From: an uncultured Chloroflexia bacterium
Lineage (GTDB): Bacteria; Chloroflexota; Anaerolineae; Anaerolineales; Villigracilaceae
Reading direction: 5' to 3'
Assembly (NCBI GenBank): GCA_963746015.1
Contig: CAVUZS010000012.1
Location: forward strand, 3,924 to 67,923
DNA length: 64,000 nt
Positions 19,928 through 31,039 of this stretch are shown one piece after another. The position numbers were made by a program, and so were the translations under genes. Position 1 is the first letter of the stretch. Each line of letters starts with the position of its first letter. A model generated the notes under the pieces. That model ran no database searches. It was not told the DNA's origin and saw only the letters and a program-made list of their open reading frames with translations.

Positions 19928-21249
19928 AGTTATCGCATGCCTCGCGCTGGCTGCTTGCTGTAGTGATTTTAGTTAGCTTGGCGGGCTGGATCGTAACCGG
20001 CTTGACTGATTTACGCGCGCCTGGCTTATCTCGGTATCCTTTTGATTGGCTGGTGCGGCAATTTGGACGGTATTATCAATGAATGGCATTCAGCTTGAGC
20101 AGGAATACACGTACCTTGCGGGCAAGTATGGGGGAAGTATTTGAAGAACATTATGAGATAAAGAAAGAAAAGTGGCCAGGGATGTCCATGGCTGGAAGTG
20201 CTCAACCAGTCCACTTTGCCGAAAGCTGCCGGGTCCCGCCTGTTGACCAGGATCGGCGCACACCAGTTACGATATTATTCTGCCCGTACACTCCTGACCC
20301 GGCGTGGGGCTTATTTACTTGGCCCGACCACACTGACATCCGGAGATCCATTTGGACTGTTTACGATGAGAAAGGTGATCACTGCCAGGGATACATTGGT
20401 CATCCTGCCGATGACATTCCCCATTGCCATATTTCCTCCACCTCCCGGGCTTCTTCCGGGAGGAAAAGCGATCCGCCAGCGGACATTTGATGTGACACCC
20501 CATGCGGCAGAAGTGCGTGAATATGTTCCCGGCGACCCGATGAAACGTATTCACTGGCCCAGTACGGCTCACCGTGGTCAATTCATGGTCAAGGAATTCG
20601 AACAAGACCCGCAGGCAGATATCTGGTTATTCCTGGATGCTTATCGCCCGGTTCATTCTTCCATGCCTGAACCGGAACAGTTTCTTATCAAGATGACAAT
20701 ATGTGGCTGCGCCGCCCGAAGGTTTCCCTGCCGAGAGATACATTTGAATATGCTGTCAGTGCGGCGGCCTCGCTGGCAAGCTTCTTTCTGATGGATCGGC
20801 GGGCAGTCGGGTTGGCGTGCGCGGCTGGAAAATTCTCTGTTGTTTCCAGCGAGCGCGGAGAACGCCAAATTAATAAAATCATGGAAACTCTGGCTTTTCT
20901 CCAGCCGGAAGGGAATGATGCCTCTTCTTGGATTTGGTGAGTATGCAAGCAAAATTATTGCCTCTTGGCAGCGGAGTCATATTAATTACGCCCTCGACCA
21001 GCCCGGATCTTTTCCTGGCAGCTGGAAGATTTGCAACGCCGCAACCTGCGACCGGTGGTAGTCCTTATCAAATCGGAGACATTTGGCGGGCAAGGAGAAA
21101 CCGGAAAAATGGTTGCCAGCCTGCTCTCCAGGAATATTCCAGTCTGCCAGATCGGTTTTGGGGATGATCTTGGCGCACAGTTGGCGTTGCCAGCCGTGTA
21201 CTTCCAGCGAACGTACATGCCCAAATCTTATTTCAATGGAAGAATATAG
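19924..21249 (+). CDS. DUF58 protein, the usual MoxR partner (at least four frameshifts)
   Basis: ATG 19924 overlaps the moxR stop. ORF 20198..20791 carries VREYVPGDPMKRIHWPSTAHRG. The remainder can be followed through ORFs 20701..20940, 20840..21061, 20928..21167 and 21031..21249. Confidence 0.75.
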
Positions 21250-21250
21250 T

Positions 21251-22150
21251 ATGGCATCTGTCATCTGCCTGGATACGAAATTATCCGGCCATGCAGGTTC
21301 TGTCGCATCTTATTTGATCCCCTATTCCAGAGGAGCTGTTTTGATAGATACCGGGTCCGGCTCCACCCAGGAAAACCTGAAATCCGCCCTGGCTGATCAT
21401 GGCCTGACGCCTGGACAGGTCACGCATGTCTTGCTCACGCACATCCATTTAGACCATGCTGGAGCCGCGGGCTGGCTGGCCGGGTATGGTGCGCAGGTAT
21501 ACGCCCACCCGATCGGTATTCCCCATTTGTCGAACCCTGAAAAGCTGATTGCCAGCGCGCGACGCATATATGGTGACAAACTGGAGGATTTATGGGGTGC
21601 GTTCCTGCCGGTACCTGTCACGCGCCTGGCCGGAGTTCGGGACGGGGCGGAGATCGTCATCGGTGAATTGAGAATTACGGGATGGTATACTCCCGGCCAT
21701 GCTGACCACCATGTTGCTTATGTTTTCGATGATACCTGTTTCACCGGCGATGTGGGAGGCGTCCGGAAGGCAGGACCATTCTATGTAAGATTGCCTTTTG
21801 TCCCACCGGAGACACATCTCGGTAAATGGCGGGACAGCCTGGAACGAATCCGTCGGACCGGTTGTAAGCGCCTTGCTTTGGCCCATTTCGGCATCTATGA
21901 GGATGCAGCCGCGCACCTGATGTTTGCCGGCCGCGTCCTGGATGAGGTGGAGCAATGGTTGGAAACGGTCATGCCCGGTGTCCCGGATGTCGAGACTTTG
22001 CACAGAGTCTACGTGGCCTGGTTGCATACACGCGGCCATGCTTTGGGTTTGGACGAGAGTACGTTAACCGCCTATGATTTGGCCAGCCCGGCTCAGATGG
22101 GCGCTGGCGGGTTATTCCGCTATTGGCACAAGGTGAGGATGTCCGAATGA
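21251..22150 (+). CDS. MBL-fold metallo-hydrolase
   Basis: The HxHxDH motif reads LLTHIHLDHAGA. The start is chosen at MASVICLD, just after the DUF58 stop; the track ORF starts at 21083. Confidence 0.8.
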   Translation: MASVICLDTKLSGHAGSVASYLIPYSRGAVLIDTGSGSTQENLKSALADHGLTPGQVTHVLLTHIHLDHAGAAGWLAGYGAQVYAHPIGIPHLSNPEKLIASARRIYGDKLEDLWGAFLPVPVTRLAGVRDGAEIVIGELRITGWYTPGHADHHVAYVFDDTCFTGDVGGVRKAGPFYVRLPFVPPETHLGKWRDSLERIRRTGCKRLALAHFGIYEDAAAHLMFAGRVLDEVEQWLETVMPGVPDVETLHRVYVAWLHTRGHALGLDESTLTAYDLASPAQMGAGGLFRYWHKVRMSE

Positions 22151-22225
22151 TCTTTAGTTTATACGCCAGTGTGCACTTGACGGGAAGGCTGGCTGGCTTG
22201 ATACTTGGCAAAAGGAGAAGAAAAT

Positions 22226-23149
22226 ATGGAACATTTTTTGGATATTTTCGACCATTCACCGGAGGAATTGCAGGATATTCTGGACCTGGCTGTGCGCTTG
22301 AAGAAGGAATATTTTTCCGGCGGAAACGCTCCGCTTTTCAAGGGCAAAGTGTTGGGGATGATCTTCCAAAAACCCAGCTTGCGGACACGGGTCTCGTTTG
22401 ATATGGCGATGCGCCACATGGGCGGCGACGCGCTGTATCTTTCGCCGAGCGAAATCGGCCTGGGGAAGCGGGAATCCATTGCGGATGTGTCGCGGGTGCT
22501 CTCCGGCTATGTCCAAGCGATCATGGCACGTGTCTTCGAACATGAACATGTTTTGGAACTGGCAAAATGGTCATCGGTGCCGGTTGTGAACGGGTTGAGC
22601 GATTTCAGCCATCCCTGCCAGGCGATGGCGGATGCGCTGACCATCCAGGAAAAATTTGGCAAAACCAAAGGCTTGAACATCGTCTACGTTGGCGATGGAA
22701 ATAATGTAGCTGTCTCGTTGATGCATATTTCGGCTAAATTGGGCTGGAATTTTACCATTGCCAACCCGGAAGGCTATGATCTGAATCCGCAGGCTGTGGA
22801 AATGGCAGAAGAATTGGCCGGTTCTTCTGGTAGCCAATTGCGTTTCCTGCGCGATCCGCATGAAGCGGTCAAAAAAGCACAGGTGATCTACACTGATACC
22901 TGGACGAGCATGGGCCAGGAAGAGGAGACTGCCAAACGTGAACAGGTCTTCCCGCCTTATCAAGTAAACGCAAAGCTGGTCTCCGAAGCTGATAAGGATG
23001 TGATCGTGATGCACTGCCTGCCGGCGCATCGCAACCATGAACTGACCGATGAAGTGGCGGATGGGCCGCATTCGGTCATCTTTCCTCAGGCGCATAACCG
23101 CCTGCATGCCCAAAAGGCGGTGCTGGCGCGTCTTTTCGGAGTTGCCTGA
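22226..23149 (+). CDS. argF: ornithine carbamoyltransferase
   Basis: [17 protein letters not shown] and HCLPAHR motifs. Start at MEHFLD; the track ORF starts at 22205. Confidence 0.92.
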   Translation: MEHFLDIFDHSPEELQDILDLAVRLKKEYFSGGNAPLFKGKVLGMIFQKPSLRTRVSFDMAMRHMGGDALYLSPSEIGLGKRESIADVSRVLSGYVQAIMARVFEHEHVLELAKWSSVPVVNGLSDFSHPCQAMADALTIQEKFGKTKGLNIVYVGDGNNVAVSLMHISAKLGWNFTIANPEGYDLNPQAVEMAEELAGSSGSQLRFLRDPHEAVKKAQVIYTDTWTSMGQEEETAKREQVFPPYQVNAKLVSEADKDVIVMHCLPAHRNHELTDEVADGPHSVIFPQAHNRLHAQKAVLARLFGVA

Positions 23150-23239
23150 TCCTGATCCAGTTCGATACCGAAATGCCTCTCGACTGCGTGGCGCTCGGGG
23201 CGAAACCTCATAATATCTATTTAGTAGAAAGGTGGAACC

Positions 23240-24443
23240 ATGAACACGCAGGAATATATAGAAATTGAAGAACTATACGGTGCCCACAACTACCTTCCAT
23301 TGGATGTAGTCATCACGCGTGGGGAGGGTGTATGGGTCTACGATGTGGAGGCAGGAAATATCTGGATTGCCTTTCTGCCTATTCGGCGCTGAACCAGGGC
23401 CATGTTCACCCGAAAATCCTGGCTGCCTTGATCGAACAGGCTGGAAAAGTCACCCTCACTTCGCGTGCTTTCCGCAACGATCAATTACCTCTGCTTTACA
23501 AGGAACTCTCCGAACTGACCGGTTACGAAATGTCCTTGCTGATGAACTCCGGTGCAGAGGCCGTGGAGACTGCCCTCAAGCTTGCCCGCAAATGGGCTTA
23601 CGCAGTCAAGGGAATTCCACGCCACCAGGCTGAGATCATTGCTTGCGCAGGGAACTTCCACGGGCGTACCATCACCGAGATCTCCTTCTCCAGCGAACCG
23701 CTCTATCGCGATGATTTCGGCCCCTTCACACCTGGCTTTATCACCGTACCTTACGGCGACTCGGATGCGATTGATAAGGCAATCACTCCAAATACTGCCG
23801 CGGTTCTCGTGGAACCCATTCAGGGGGAAGGCGGGGTGATCGTTCCTCCGGCTGGATATCTGAAGAAAGTATCGGATATTTGCAAGGAGAACAATGTTCT
23901 ACTGATGGCCGACGAGATCCAGACCGGTCTGGGCCGGACCGGGAAACTGTTTGCGGCGCAGCATGAGAATGTGCGCCCTGATATAACCATTATTGGCAAA
24001 GCTTGGCTGGGGGGTTCTATCCTGTATCGGCAGTTTTGGCAGATAAGCCTTTGCTTGGCCTGTTCCAGCCGGGCGAGCATGGATCGACCTTTGGCGGCAA
24101 CCCATTGGCAGCAGCGACGGCCCGGGCAGCGTTGAGCGTAATCGTCGAAGAAAACCTGGTTGAACGTGCTGCCGAAATGGGTGAATACTTTATCGAGCAA
24201 TTGACTGAAATTCCAAGCCCGCATGTCAAGGAAGTGCGTGGAAAGGGGCTGTTGATTGGCGTGGAATTAAAGCGAGAGCGCCGGTGGAGCGCGGCGGTTC
24301 TGCGAGGCATTGGTAAAGAAGGGAATCCTGGCCAAGGAGACCCATGATGCATACCATCCGTTTTGCGCCTCCGCTGGTGATCGACAAAGACGACGATTGA
24401 TTGGGCACTGCCATCGATTCGGGAAGTGCTCAATATGGAATAG
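23240..24443 (+). CDS. rocD: ornithine aminotransferase (class III), about three frameshifts
   Basis: [25 protein letters not shown]... (from ATG 23240), then [16 protein letters not shown]...LTSRAFRND (ORF 23332..24135), then [12 protein letters not shown] (ORF 24003..24347). The last ~30 aa, ending at TAG 24441-24443, are in another frame. Confidence 0.85.
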
Positions 24444-24497
24444 TATACAATGTCCCGATCATACCTTACCATGATCTGAGTCGACTGGAGGTGAAAA

Positions 24498-25575
24498 ATG
24501 AATATTGGTATCCCGAAAGAGCGCCGGCCGTTTGAATACCGGGTGGGGCTTTCCCCGGCCGGAGTGGAAATCCTTTGCCAGAATGGACATACCGTCTTCG
24601 TGGAGCACAAGGCGGGGAGTGGGGCAGGTTTTGCAGATGAAGAATATGAGCAGGTAGGGGCACGAATTGTCTATTCCACAGAAGAGGTGTATGGACGCGC
24701 CGATCTGGTGTTGAAAGTCGCCCGTCCGACCGAAGAAGAGATGGCCTTCCTGCAACCCGGGTCGATATTGGCCGGACTTTTGAACTTGCCTTCGGCCCGC
24801 CAGAGCAAGATCGATGCCTTGCTGGACAAGAAAATCACGGCGATCGCCTGTGAGCAGATCCAGGAAGCGGATGGTTCTTTGCCGGTCCTGCGCCCGTCCA
24901 GCCAGATTGGCGGTGCAATGGCGGCGGAAGTGGCCGCCCGCCTGTTGCACAGCGACCAGGGCGGACGCGGCATCCTGCTGGGTGGCATTCCTGGAGTCCC
25001 TCCGGCGGAGGTGGTTATCCTGGGCGCAGGCACGGCAGGCACATACGCGGCACGTGCTTTTACCGGCCTGGGTGCACACGTCACGGTACTGGATAAGGAT
25101 ATCAATGCGTTGCAGCGCATCAGCCAGTGCGGCATGAACGTCGTTACCATGCTTTCCACGGAGCGGAATATCATGCCGCTGCTGTGAGTTTGCCGATGTG
25201 CTTGTTGGTGCGGTGCTGGTGCCGGGTGCGCGCGCTCCGCTGCTGGTTTCACGTGAGATGGTGCGAAAGATGAAATCGCGCTCGGTCATTATCGATCTCA
25301 GCATTGACGAGGGTGGCTGTGTGGAAACATCCCGCCCGACCACGCACGACCGGCCCTCGTATATCGAGGAGAATGTAATGCATTATTGCGTTCCCAATAT
25401 GCCGGGCATCGTGGCACGCACTGCCACGCATGGCTTCGTGAATGTTGCCATTCCGTATATTCTCCAGATTGCCAATCTGGGTGTGGAAAAGGCCATGGCG
25501 GAAAACCCTGCCATCGAATTGGCGATCAATACGCATCAAGGTGAAATCCGTCACTTGGCGCGTTGGACAAATTAG
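24498..25575 (+). CDS. ald: alanine dehydrogenase family enzyme (one frameshift near 25180-25200)
   Basis: MNIGIPKERRPFEYRVGLSP..., the NAD fold VVILGAGTAGTYAA, and the C-terminal half in ORF 25198..25575 (...HYCVPNMPG...). Confidence 0.85.
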
Positions 25576-25585
25576 GGAGTCGCAT

Positions 25586-26896
25586 ATGGACTGGCATTCG
25601 AGCTATCAATCACGCGTAACTACGGCGAAGAAGCGGTCAAGGTGATCAAATCCGGGGATCGCATTTTCATGACCGGGAATGTATCGGTGCCGCAGAAGTT
25701 ACTGGCCGCGCTGGTGGAATATGCGCCGGCACTCAAGGATGTAGAAATCTGCCAGGCGCTTTCGGTTGGCCCGGCCGATTATGTGAAGCCAGAGATGGAA
25801 GGTCACTTGCGGGTGAATACGCTTTTCATCAGCGCCAATGTCCGCAAGGCGGTTTGGGAAGGCCGCGCCGACTTCACCCCCGTGCTGCTCTCGGAATTCA
25901 CCCTGTTATTCAAGAACAAGGTTCTGCCGGTGGATGTGGCCATGATCCATGTCTCGCCACCGGATGAGCATGGTTTCTGCTCACTGGGCGTGGAAGTCGG
26001 CCTGACCAAATCACCGGCCGAGTCGGCCAAGATCATCATTGCCGAAGTGAACGAACAGATGCCGCGCACCTTGGGCAATTCATTCATTCATGTCAGCCGC
26101 CTGACGCATATCGTGCCGGTGGACTATCCGATCTCTGAAATGCCGATGGGCGGCGAAGGCGATGACCAGATCAGCCAGAAGATTGCCGGTCACATCGCCG
26201 ACCTGATCCCGGATGGCGCAACCATGCAAATGGGAATCGGCGCCATCCCGGATGCCGTCCTGAATTTCCTGGACAATAAGAAGGACCTTGGCATCCACAG
26301 CGAAATGTTCTCGGATGGCGTGGTCCGCCTGGTGGAGCAGGGCGTGATCAACAATGCCCGCAAGACCTTGCATTCCGGCAAGATCGTAGCCGGGTTTGTC
26401 CTGGGCACCCATTCCCTGTACGAGTGGGTCAACGACAACCCGCTGTGTGAGTTCCACCGCCAGGAGTACGTCAACGATCCGTTCGTCATCGCCCAGAACG
26501 AGCGCATGGTGGCGATCAACTCGGCCATCGAAGTGGACCTGACCGGCCAGGTGTGCGCCGATAGCATCGGCCCCAAGTTCTTCAGCGGCGTAGGTGGGCA
26601 GTTGGATTTCATCTATGGGGCTCAGCCGCTCGAAGGGCGGTGTTCCGATCATTGCCATGCCCGCCTCCACTACCATGAAGGATGGCACGGTGGTCAGCAA
26701 GATCGTCCCCATGCTCAAGCAAGGCGCCGGGGTGGTCACCGGGCGCAACCATGTGCATTACGTGGTCACTGAATTCGGTGTGGCCGACCTGTACGGCAAA
26801 TCGGTACGCCAGCGCGTCGATGCACTCATCCATATTGCCTACCCGGATTTCCGCGCTGACCTGGAGAGACAGGCCAGGGAATTGAACTGGATATAG
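25586..26896 (+). CDS. acetyl-CoA hydrolase/transferase family protein (4-hydroxybutyrate CoA-transferase-like), two frameshifts
   Basis: ATG 25586 (MDWHSSYQSRVTTA...) shifts into ORF 25642..26772 (IKSGDRIFMTGN...), then into ORF 26594..26896 (SKGGVPIIAMPSTT...HYVVTEFG). Confidence 0.82.
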
Positions 26897-26898
26897 AT

Positions 26899-28337
26899 AT
26901 GGACAGAAAAGCCAAAATTGTCGCCACCATCGGGCCTGCCAGCCAGGACGAGACCGTCCTCGAAAAATTGCTCCTGGCCGGGATGGATGTGGCCCGCCTG
27001 AACTTTTCACACGGGACGCACGAAACGCATGCTGCCTGGAACTCGCGATTACGCGCCGTTTCGATGCGCCTGGGCCGTCCATTGGCAGTCTTACAGGACC
27101 TGCAGGGCCCGAAGATCCGCGTGGGGGTGCTGCCTGCGCCTTTGACGCTGGTGCCTGGCCCAGACGGTCATCCTTTTCCCGGAAGGCGGCAGCCAGCCGT
27201 CCACTACCGGCAGCCAGGCGCTTATCCCCGTGGATTTCCCGCAATTGTTCGATTCGGTCAAGCCCGGGCAACCGCATCCTGCTCGACGATGGGCGCCTGG
27301 CGCTGTCCGTCATTTCGGTGCGGGAAAAACAGGTTGTCGCAGAGGTGAAGACTGGCGGGGTGTTGACCTCCAATAAGGGTATCAACCTGCCGGGGGTGTT
27401 GCTGGATATCCCGGCATTCACCGAAAAAGATGCCGATGACTTGAAGTTTGGGCTTTCACTGGGTGTGGACTTTGTGGCGGTCTCGTTCGTGCGGCGCGCC
27501 AGAAGATGTGCTGCGGGTCAGGCATGAAATTGACTGCCAGTCCCCGGCGGAGTGCCCGCTGTTGATCGCCAAGCTGGAGCGCCCGGAAGCACTGGACAAC
27601 CTGGAAGCCATCCTGGACGTGGTGGATGGGGTGATGGTGGCGCGCGGCGACCTGGGGGTGGAAATGGCCCCGGAGAACGTGCCCGGCGCGCAGAAACGCA
27701 TCATCCAGGCCGCCAACCGCAAGGGGAAACTGGTCATCACGGCCACGCAGATGCTCGAATCCATGATCCATAACCCGCTCCCGACCCGCGCCGAAGCTTC
27801 GGATGTGGCCAACGCCGTCTTCGACGGCACGGATGCGGTCATGCTCTCGGCCGAAACAGCCGCGGGGGAATACCCGGTGGAAGCGGTGACTTTGATGGAG
27901 CGGATCGTCCGCCAGGCCGAAGCGGGTTTCGAATCGTGGGGACATACTCAGGATATCGAGTCGGACGATCACGATGATGCAGCCGCATTGACACGCGCAG
28001 CGCGTGAACTGGCGCATGACCAGGATGTGGCTGCCGTGGCCGTTTTCACCCGCATGGGCCGCTCGGCGCTCTTGATGGCAAAGTCCCGGCCGCGTGTCCC
28101 CATCCTGGCGTTTACGCCCGAAGGATGCACCTACCGCCGCCTGGCGCTGGCCTGGGGCGTGCAGCCGCAGATCGTCCCGTTCGTGGATACGGTCGAAGAG
28201 ATGTTCCAGTGCAGTGGAAGCCGCCTTGCGCGATTCTGGAAATGGTGAAACCCGGCCAGCAGGTAGTGCTGGTGTGCGGTTTCCCGATCGGGGAGATGCG
28301 CCCGCCGAACATGTTATTGCTGCATACAGTTGGGTAG
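26899..28337 (+). CDS. pyk: pyruvate kinase (at least three frameshifts)
   Basis: MDRKAKIVATIGPAS...MDVARLNFSHG. ORF 27318..27527 (...NKGINLPG...) is also part of the path. MVARGDLGVE and TQMLESM are in ORF 27448..28248. The C-terminal frame ends at 28337. Confidence 0.9.
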
Positions 28338-28377
28338 GAAAATTTGACTCTAAATTCTCCCAATGGCATTAAAAGCA

Positions 28378-28416
28378 ACCGGGGCTGTCCCGAAAAGACA
28401 GCCCCGGTAAGTTTTT
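28378..28416. terminator. bidirectional terminator between convergent pyk and the SPFH gene
   Basis: 12-bp stem ACCGGGGCTGTC (28378-28389) / GACAGCCCCGGT (28397-28408) with a 7-nt loop. TTTTT at 28412-28416 on the + strand and an A-rich stretch upstream. Confidence 0.6.
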
Positions 28417-28421
28417 ACAAA

Positions 28422-29486
28422 TCAACTTTTCAGGAATTCTTCGAGCGCTTCCCGGCTGATGCGGTAGGCGTTGCCGAGCTTCTTGGCCTTCAGGCTGCCG
28501 TCGTTGATGGCGGCCATGACATCCTCTTCGGTGACTTTCAGTGCAGCGGCTGCCTCGGAAGGCGTCATTACATCCGACATGCCGCCCGCCGCAGGCGCGC
28601 CGCCGCTGGGAGCCTTGGGCTGCCGCTGGCCGGACTGCATGCCGCCCTGCAGGGCCTGGCCCATCAGGTTGCCGATGCCCATCCCGGCGCCAATGCCGGC
28701 GGTCAGGCCGGCGCCGCCGCCCTGGTTGTTGGCGGCATCCCGCATGGCATCCGCGGCCTGCAACTGGGTATAGGTGGCCATGTCGAGCATGCCCATATCG
28801 CGCAGTTCCTGGGCGGATTTGTCGGACGGCCTCAGGTTGGCCATGATGAAGGATTTCAGGGTCAGGCCGACTGCCTGGAAACTATCCTCGCACTGGGAGC
28901 GGATGAAACCGGCCATTTCTTCCGTCTTGGCGAGCAACTGGGGCAGATTCAATTTCGCGCCCCACTCATTCAGCGTATCCTGCAATTGCGACAGGATGAT
29001 GCTGCGCAAGCGGTCCTCGATCTGGTCGATGCGGTAGGAAGCCGTCTTGCCGACGATCTGTGTCACCAACTGCTGCGGGTCCTTTACCTCGAATGAATAG
29101 GTACCGAAACCCTGGAGCAGCATGACGCCCAGGCCCATGCCCGGATTGCTGACCAGGATCGGCTGGGGCGTGCCCCACTTGCGCTGGGGGAATTCCTTCA
29201 TCGAGACGAAGTAGACTTCCGCCGGGAAAACGCCCTTGCCGCTGGTAAAAATGTCCTGCAGTTTCTGGGTCAGCAGGGGGATGTTTTCGGTGGCGATGAC
29301 ATGGCGTCCGGGGCCGAACATATCCAGCGCCAGGCCGTCACGGAAGAAGACGGCGCTTTGCCCGGTGCGCACGATGACATTGGAGCCGAGGCGATAATCG
29401 CCGGTCGTGCCGTCATCCGGGAAGCGATGAACGAGTTCATCCGTCATTTCATTTGCATATTCAATGACATCAAAGATACGAGCCAT
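28422..29486 (-). CDS. SPFH/band-7-like protein (YdjI/virion-core-like) with a C-terminal excisionase-type HTH
   Basis: 354 aa. An N-terminal SPFH-like region, a Gly/Ala/Met-rich linker, and a C-terminal MTPSEAAAALKVTEEDVMAAINDGSLKAKKLGNAYRISREALEEFL (HTH_17-like). Confidence 0.65.
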   Translation of the reverse strand: MARIFDVIEYANEMTDELVHRFPDDGTTGDYRLGSNVIVRTGQSAVFFRDGLALDMFGPGRHVIATENIPLLTQKLQDIFTSGKGVFPAEVYFVSMKEFPQRKWGTPQPILVSNPGMGLGVMLLQGFGTYSFEVKDPQQLVTQIVGKTASYRIDQIEDRLRSIILSQLQDTLNEWGAKLNLPQLLAKTEEMAGFIRSQCEDSFQAVGLTLKSFIMANLRPSDKSAQELRDMGMLDMATYTQLQAADAMRDAANNQGGGAGLTAGIGAGMGIGNLMGQALQGGMQSGQRQPKAPSGGAPAAGGMSDVMTPSEAAAALKVTEEDVMAAINDGSLKAKKLGNAYRISREALEEFLKS

Positions 29487-29647
29487 TTTATTTCTCCTTG
29501 GTTAGGTGGCAGTCATTTATGAGATGATTATACTGCTTCGTTGTTGCATCTTACAAGTTATTTCATCTTATTTAATCTACGCTGCCGGCTCCGAAAAGTT
29601 TTAGCGAGTTGCCTATTATTATCGGACAATCCATCCCGATGCGCCTT

Positions 29648-29724
29648 CCCTCACCCTTACTCTCTCCCGAAGGGAGAGGGAACTCCCTTCCCCTTCGGGG
29701 GAAGGGCTGGGGATGAGGGTGAAA
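29648..29724. repeat. GC-rich REP-like composite palindrome (two tandem hairpins inside an outer stem)
   Basis: Hairpin 1: CTCTCCC-GAA-GGGAGAG (29662-29678). Hairpin 2: CCCTTCCCC-TTCG-GGGGAAGGG (29685-29706). Outer stem: TCACCCT (29651-29657) / AGGGTGA (29716-29722). It lies just downstream of the xdhC stop on the minus strand. Confidence 0.6.
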
Positions 29725-29737
29725 GTGGAAGGAAGAG

Positions 29738-30535
29738 TTATTTTGGGTTCTGCATTGGCCGGCCCGACCCACCGCCGCGCAGCATGAGTATCTCTGCCAG
29801 GATGCTGACGGCGATCTCCTCGGGTGTCTCGGCTCCGATCCCGAGCCCGATGGGGGAGTGGATCCGCGCCAGTTTATCATCCGAAATGCCCTGCTGGTCG
29901 AGTCCCTTGAGGGTGGCATTCCAGCGTTTGCGTGAGCCGATCACGCCGATGTAACCCGCCTGGGTGTCGAGCAGGGCCGGCAGCCCGGCAACGTCCACGT
30001 TGCTGCCGCGCGTGGTCAGGACAAGGGTTGTCTGTGGGGTAATGGCCAGGTGCAAAGGCAGTTCTGCCAGCGGGACGGGGTAGAACTCGTCCGCGTCCGG
30101 ATTGGCTGCAGGCGTGCAGAATTCGGCGCGGTCGTCCGAGACTGCCACGCGGAAGCCGAGCCACTTGGCGAGATGCGCCACGGCTTTGCCGACGTGTCCG
30201 CCGCCGACGACAACCAACATGGGGGAAGGCAAAATGGGTTCCACGAATACCTCCACCTGGCCTCCGCACAGGCCAGGGTCGCCGCGGGCGGGGTCAGCCA
30301 TGGTGTATGCAAGGTTGCGCGGCTTGCCGTCCTGGAGCGAAGCCAGGGCTTCTTTGACGACGCGGTTTTCCAATTCTCCGCCACCGACCGTGCCAAGGAT
30401 ATGCCCATCCGGAAAAACCAGCATCTTGCTGGTGCTGTGACGCGGGGTGGAGCCGCTGGTCTTAACGACCGTGCACAACGCCGCGGGCTGGTGGGTGGTT
30501 TCGAGTTCAGCGACGGCCTGGTAGATGGAGTTCAT
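29738..30535 (-). CDS. xdhC: XdhC/CoxI family molybdoenzyme maturation protein
   Basis: 265 aa. N-terminal XdhC_CoxI region (ALCTVVKTSGSTPR) and Rossmann part LVVVGGGHVGKAVA. Confidence 0.85.
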   Translation of the reverse strand: MNSIYQAVAELETTHQPAALCTVVKTSGSTPRHSTSKMLVFPDGHILGTVGGGELENRVVKEALASLQDGKPRNLAYTMADPARGDPGLCGGQVEVFVEPILPSPMLVVVGGGHVGKAVAHLAKWLGFRVAVSDDRAEFCTPAANPDADEFYPVPLAELPLHLAITPQTTLVLTTRGSNVDVAGLPALLDTQAGYIGVIGSRKRWNATLKGLDQQGISDDKLARIHSPIGLGIGAETPEEIAVSILAEILMLRGGGSGRPMQNPK

Positions 30536-30677
30536 GGTTTACTTGATGTGCGTAGCTCGACAAGGTTACATTTCATTTGGAACATTAAAAGCTCTCACCA
30601 CGAAGGTCACGATCCCGCTGAAGAACGCGGGACAGGCGGAGCACTAAGGAAAGAAAAATACATTTTCTTTACGACTC

Positions 30678-31025
30678 TCAGGAAAGTTCTCTTGACTGCA
30701 CGCGTACCCGGATGGCTTCCACCAGGGCATGGATATAAAGCATACCTGACTTGCTGGGAGTTTTCTCAAGGTGCTTCCAACGCCGGGCTTCGAAGAACAG
30801 GCAGGTGCGCAGGTCGGTCAGGGATTGGTTCAGGTCCTGGTTTGCTTTGAACAATGCAATGCCCTGTTTGTCGACTTCGCGGCATTTTTCCACGGACCCC
30901 CAGTGTCGGTAACCATTGAAGGATTGGGCAAATGGTGCGATATTCTTCCACGTGGCGCGGCGGGATGGAATATCACCGCTGATCAGTTGAGAATTGGGTA
31001 TATTGTTCATTTTCTTGCCTTTCAA
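30678..31025 (-). CDS. hypothetical protein
   Basis: ORF track only. No motif recognised. Confidence 0.35.
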   Translation of the reverse strand: MKGKKMNNIPNSQLISGDIPSRRATWKNIAPFAQSFNGYRHWGSVEKCREVDKQGIALFKANQDLNQSLTDLRTCLFFEARRWKHLEKTPSKSGMLYIHALVEAIRVRVQSRELS

Positions 31026-31039
31026 TCGCGTACGTTCTA

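Noticed and set aside
13906-28337. The many split housekeeping genes considered as genuine pseudogenes or programmed recoding sites.
   Set aside because: The breaks hit essential, unrelated genes in clusters. The hand-checked examples are repaired by removing a single base from a homopolymer. No slippery-heptamer or pseudoknot context was seen.
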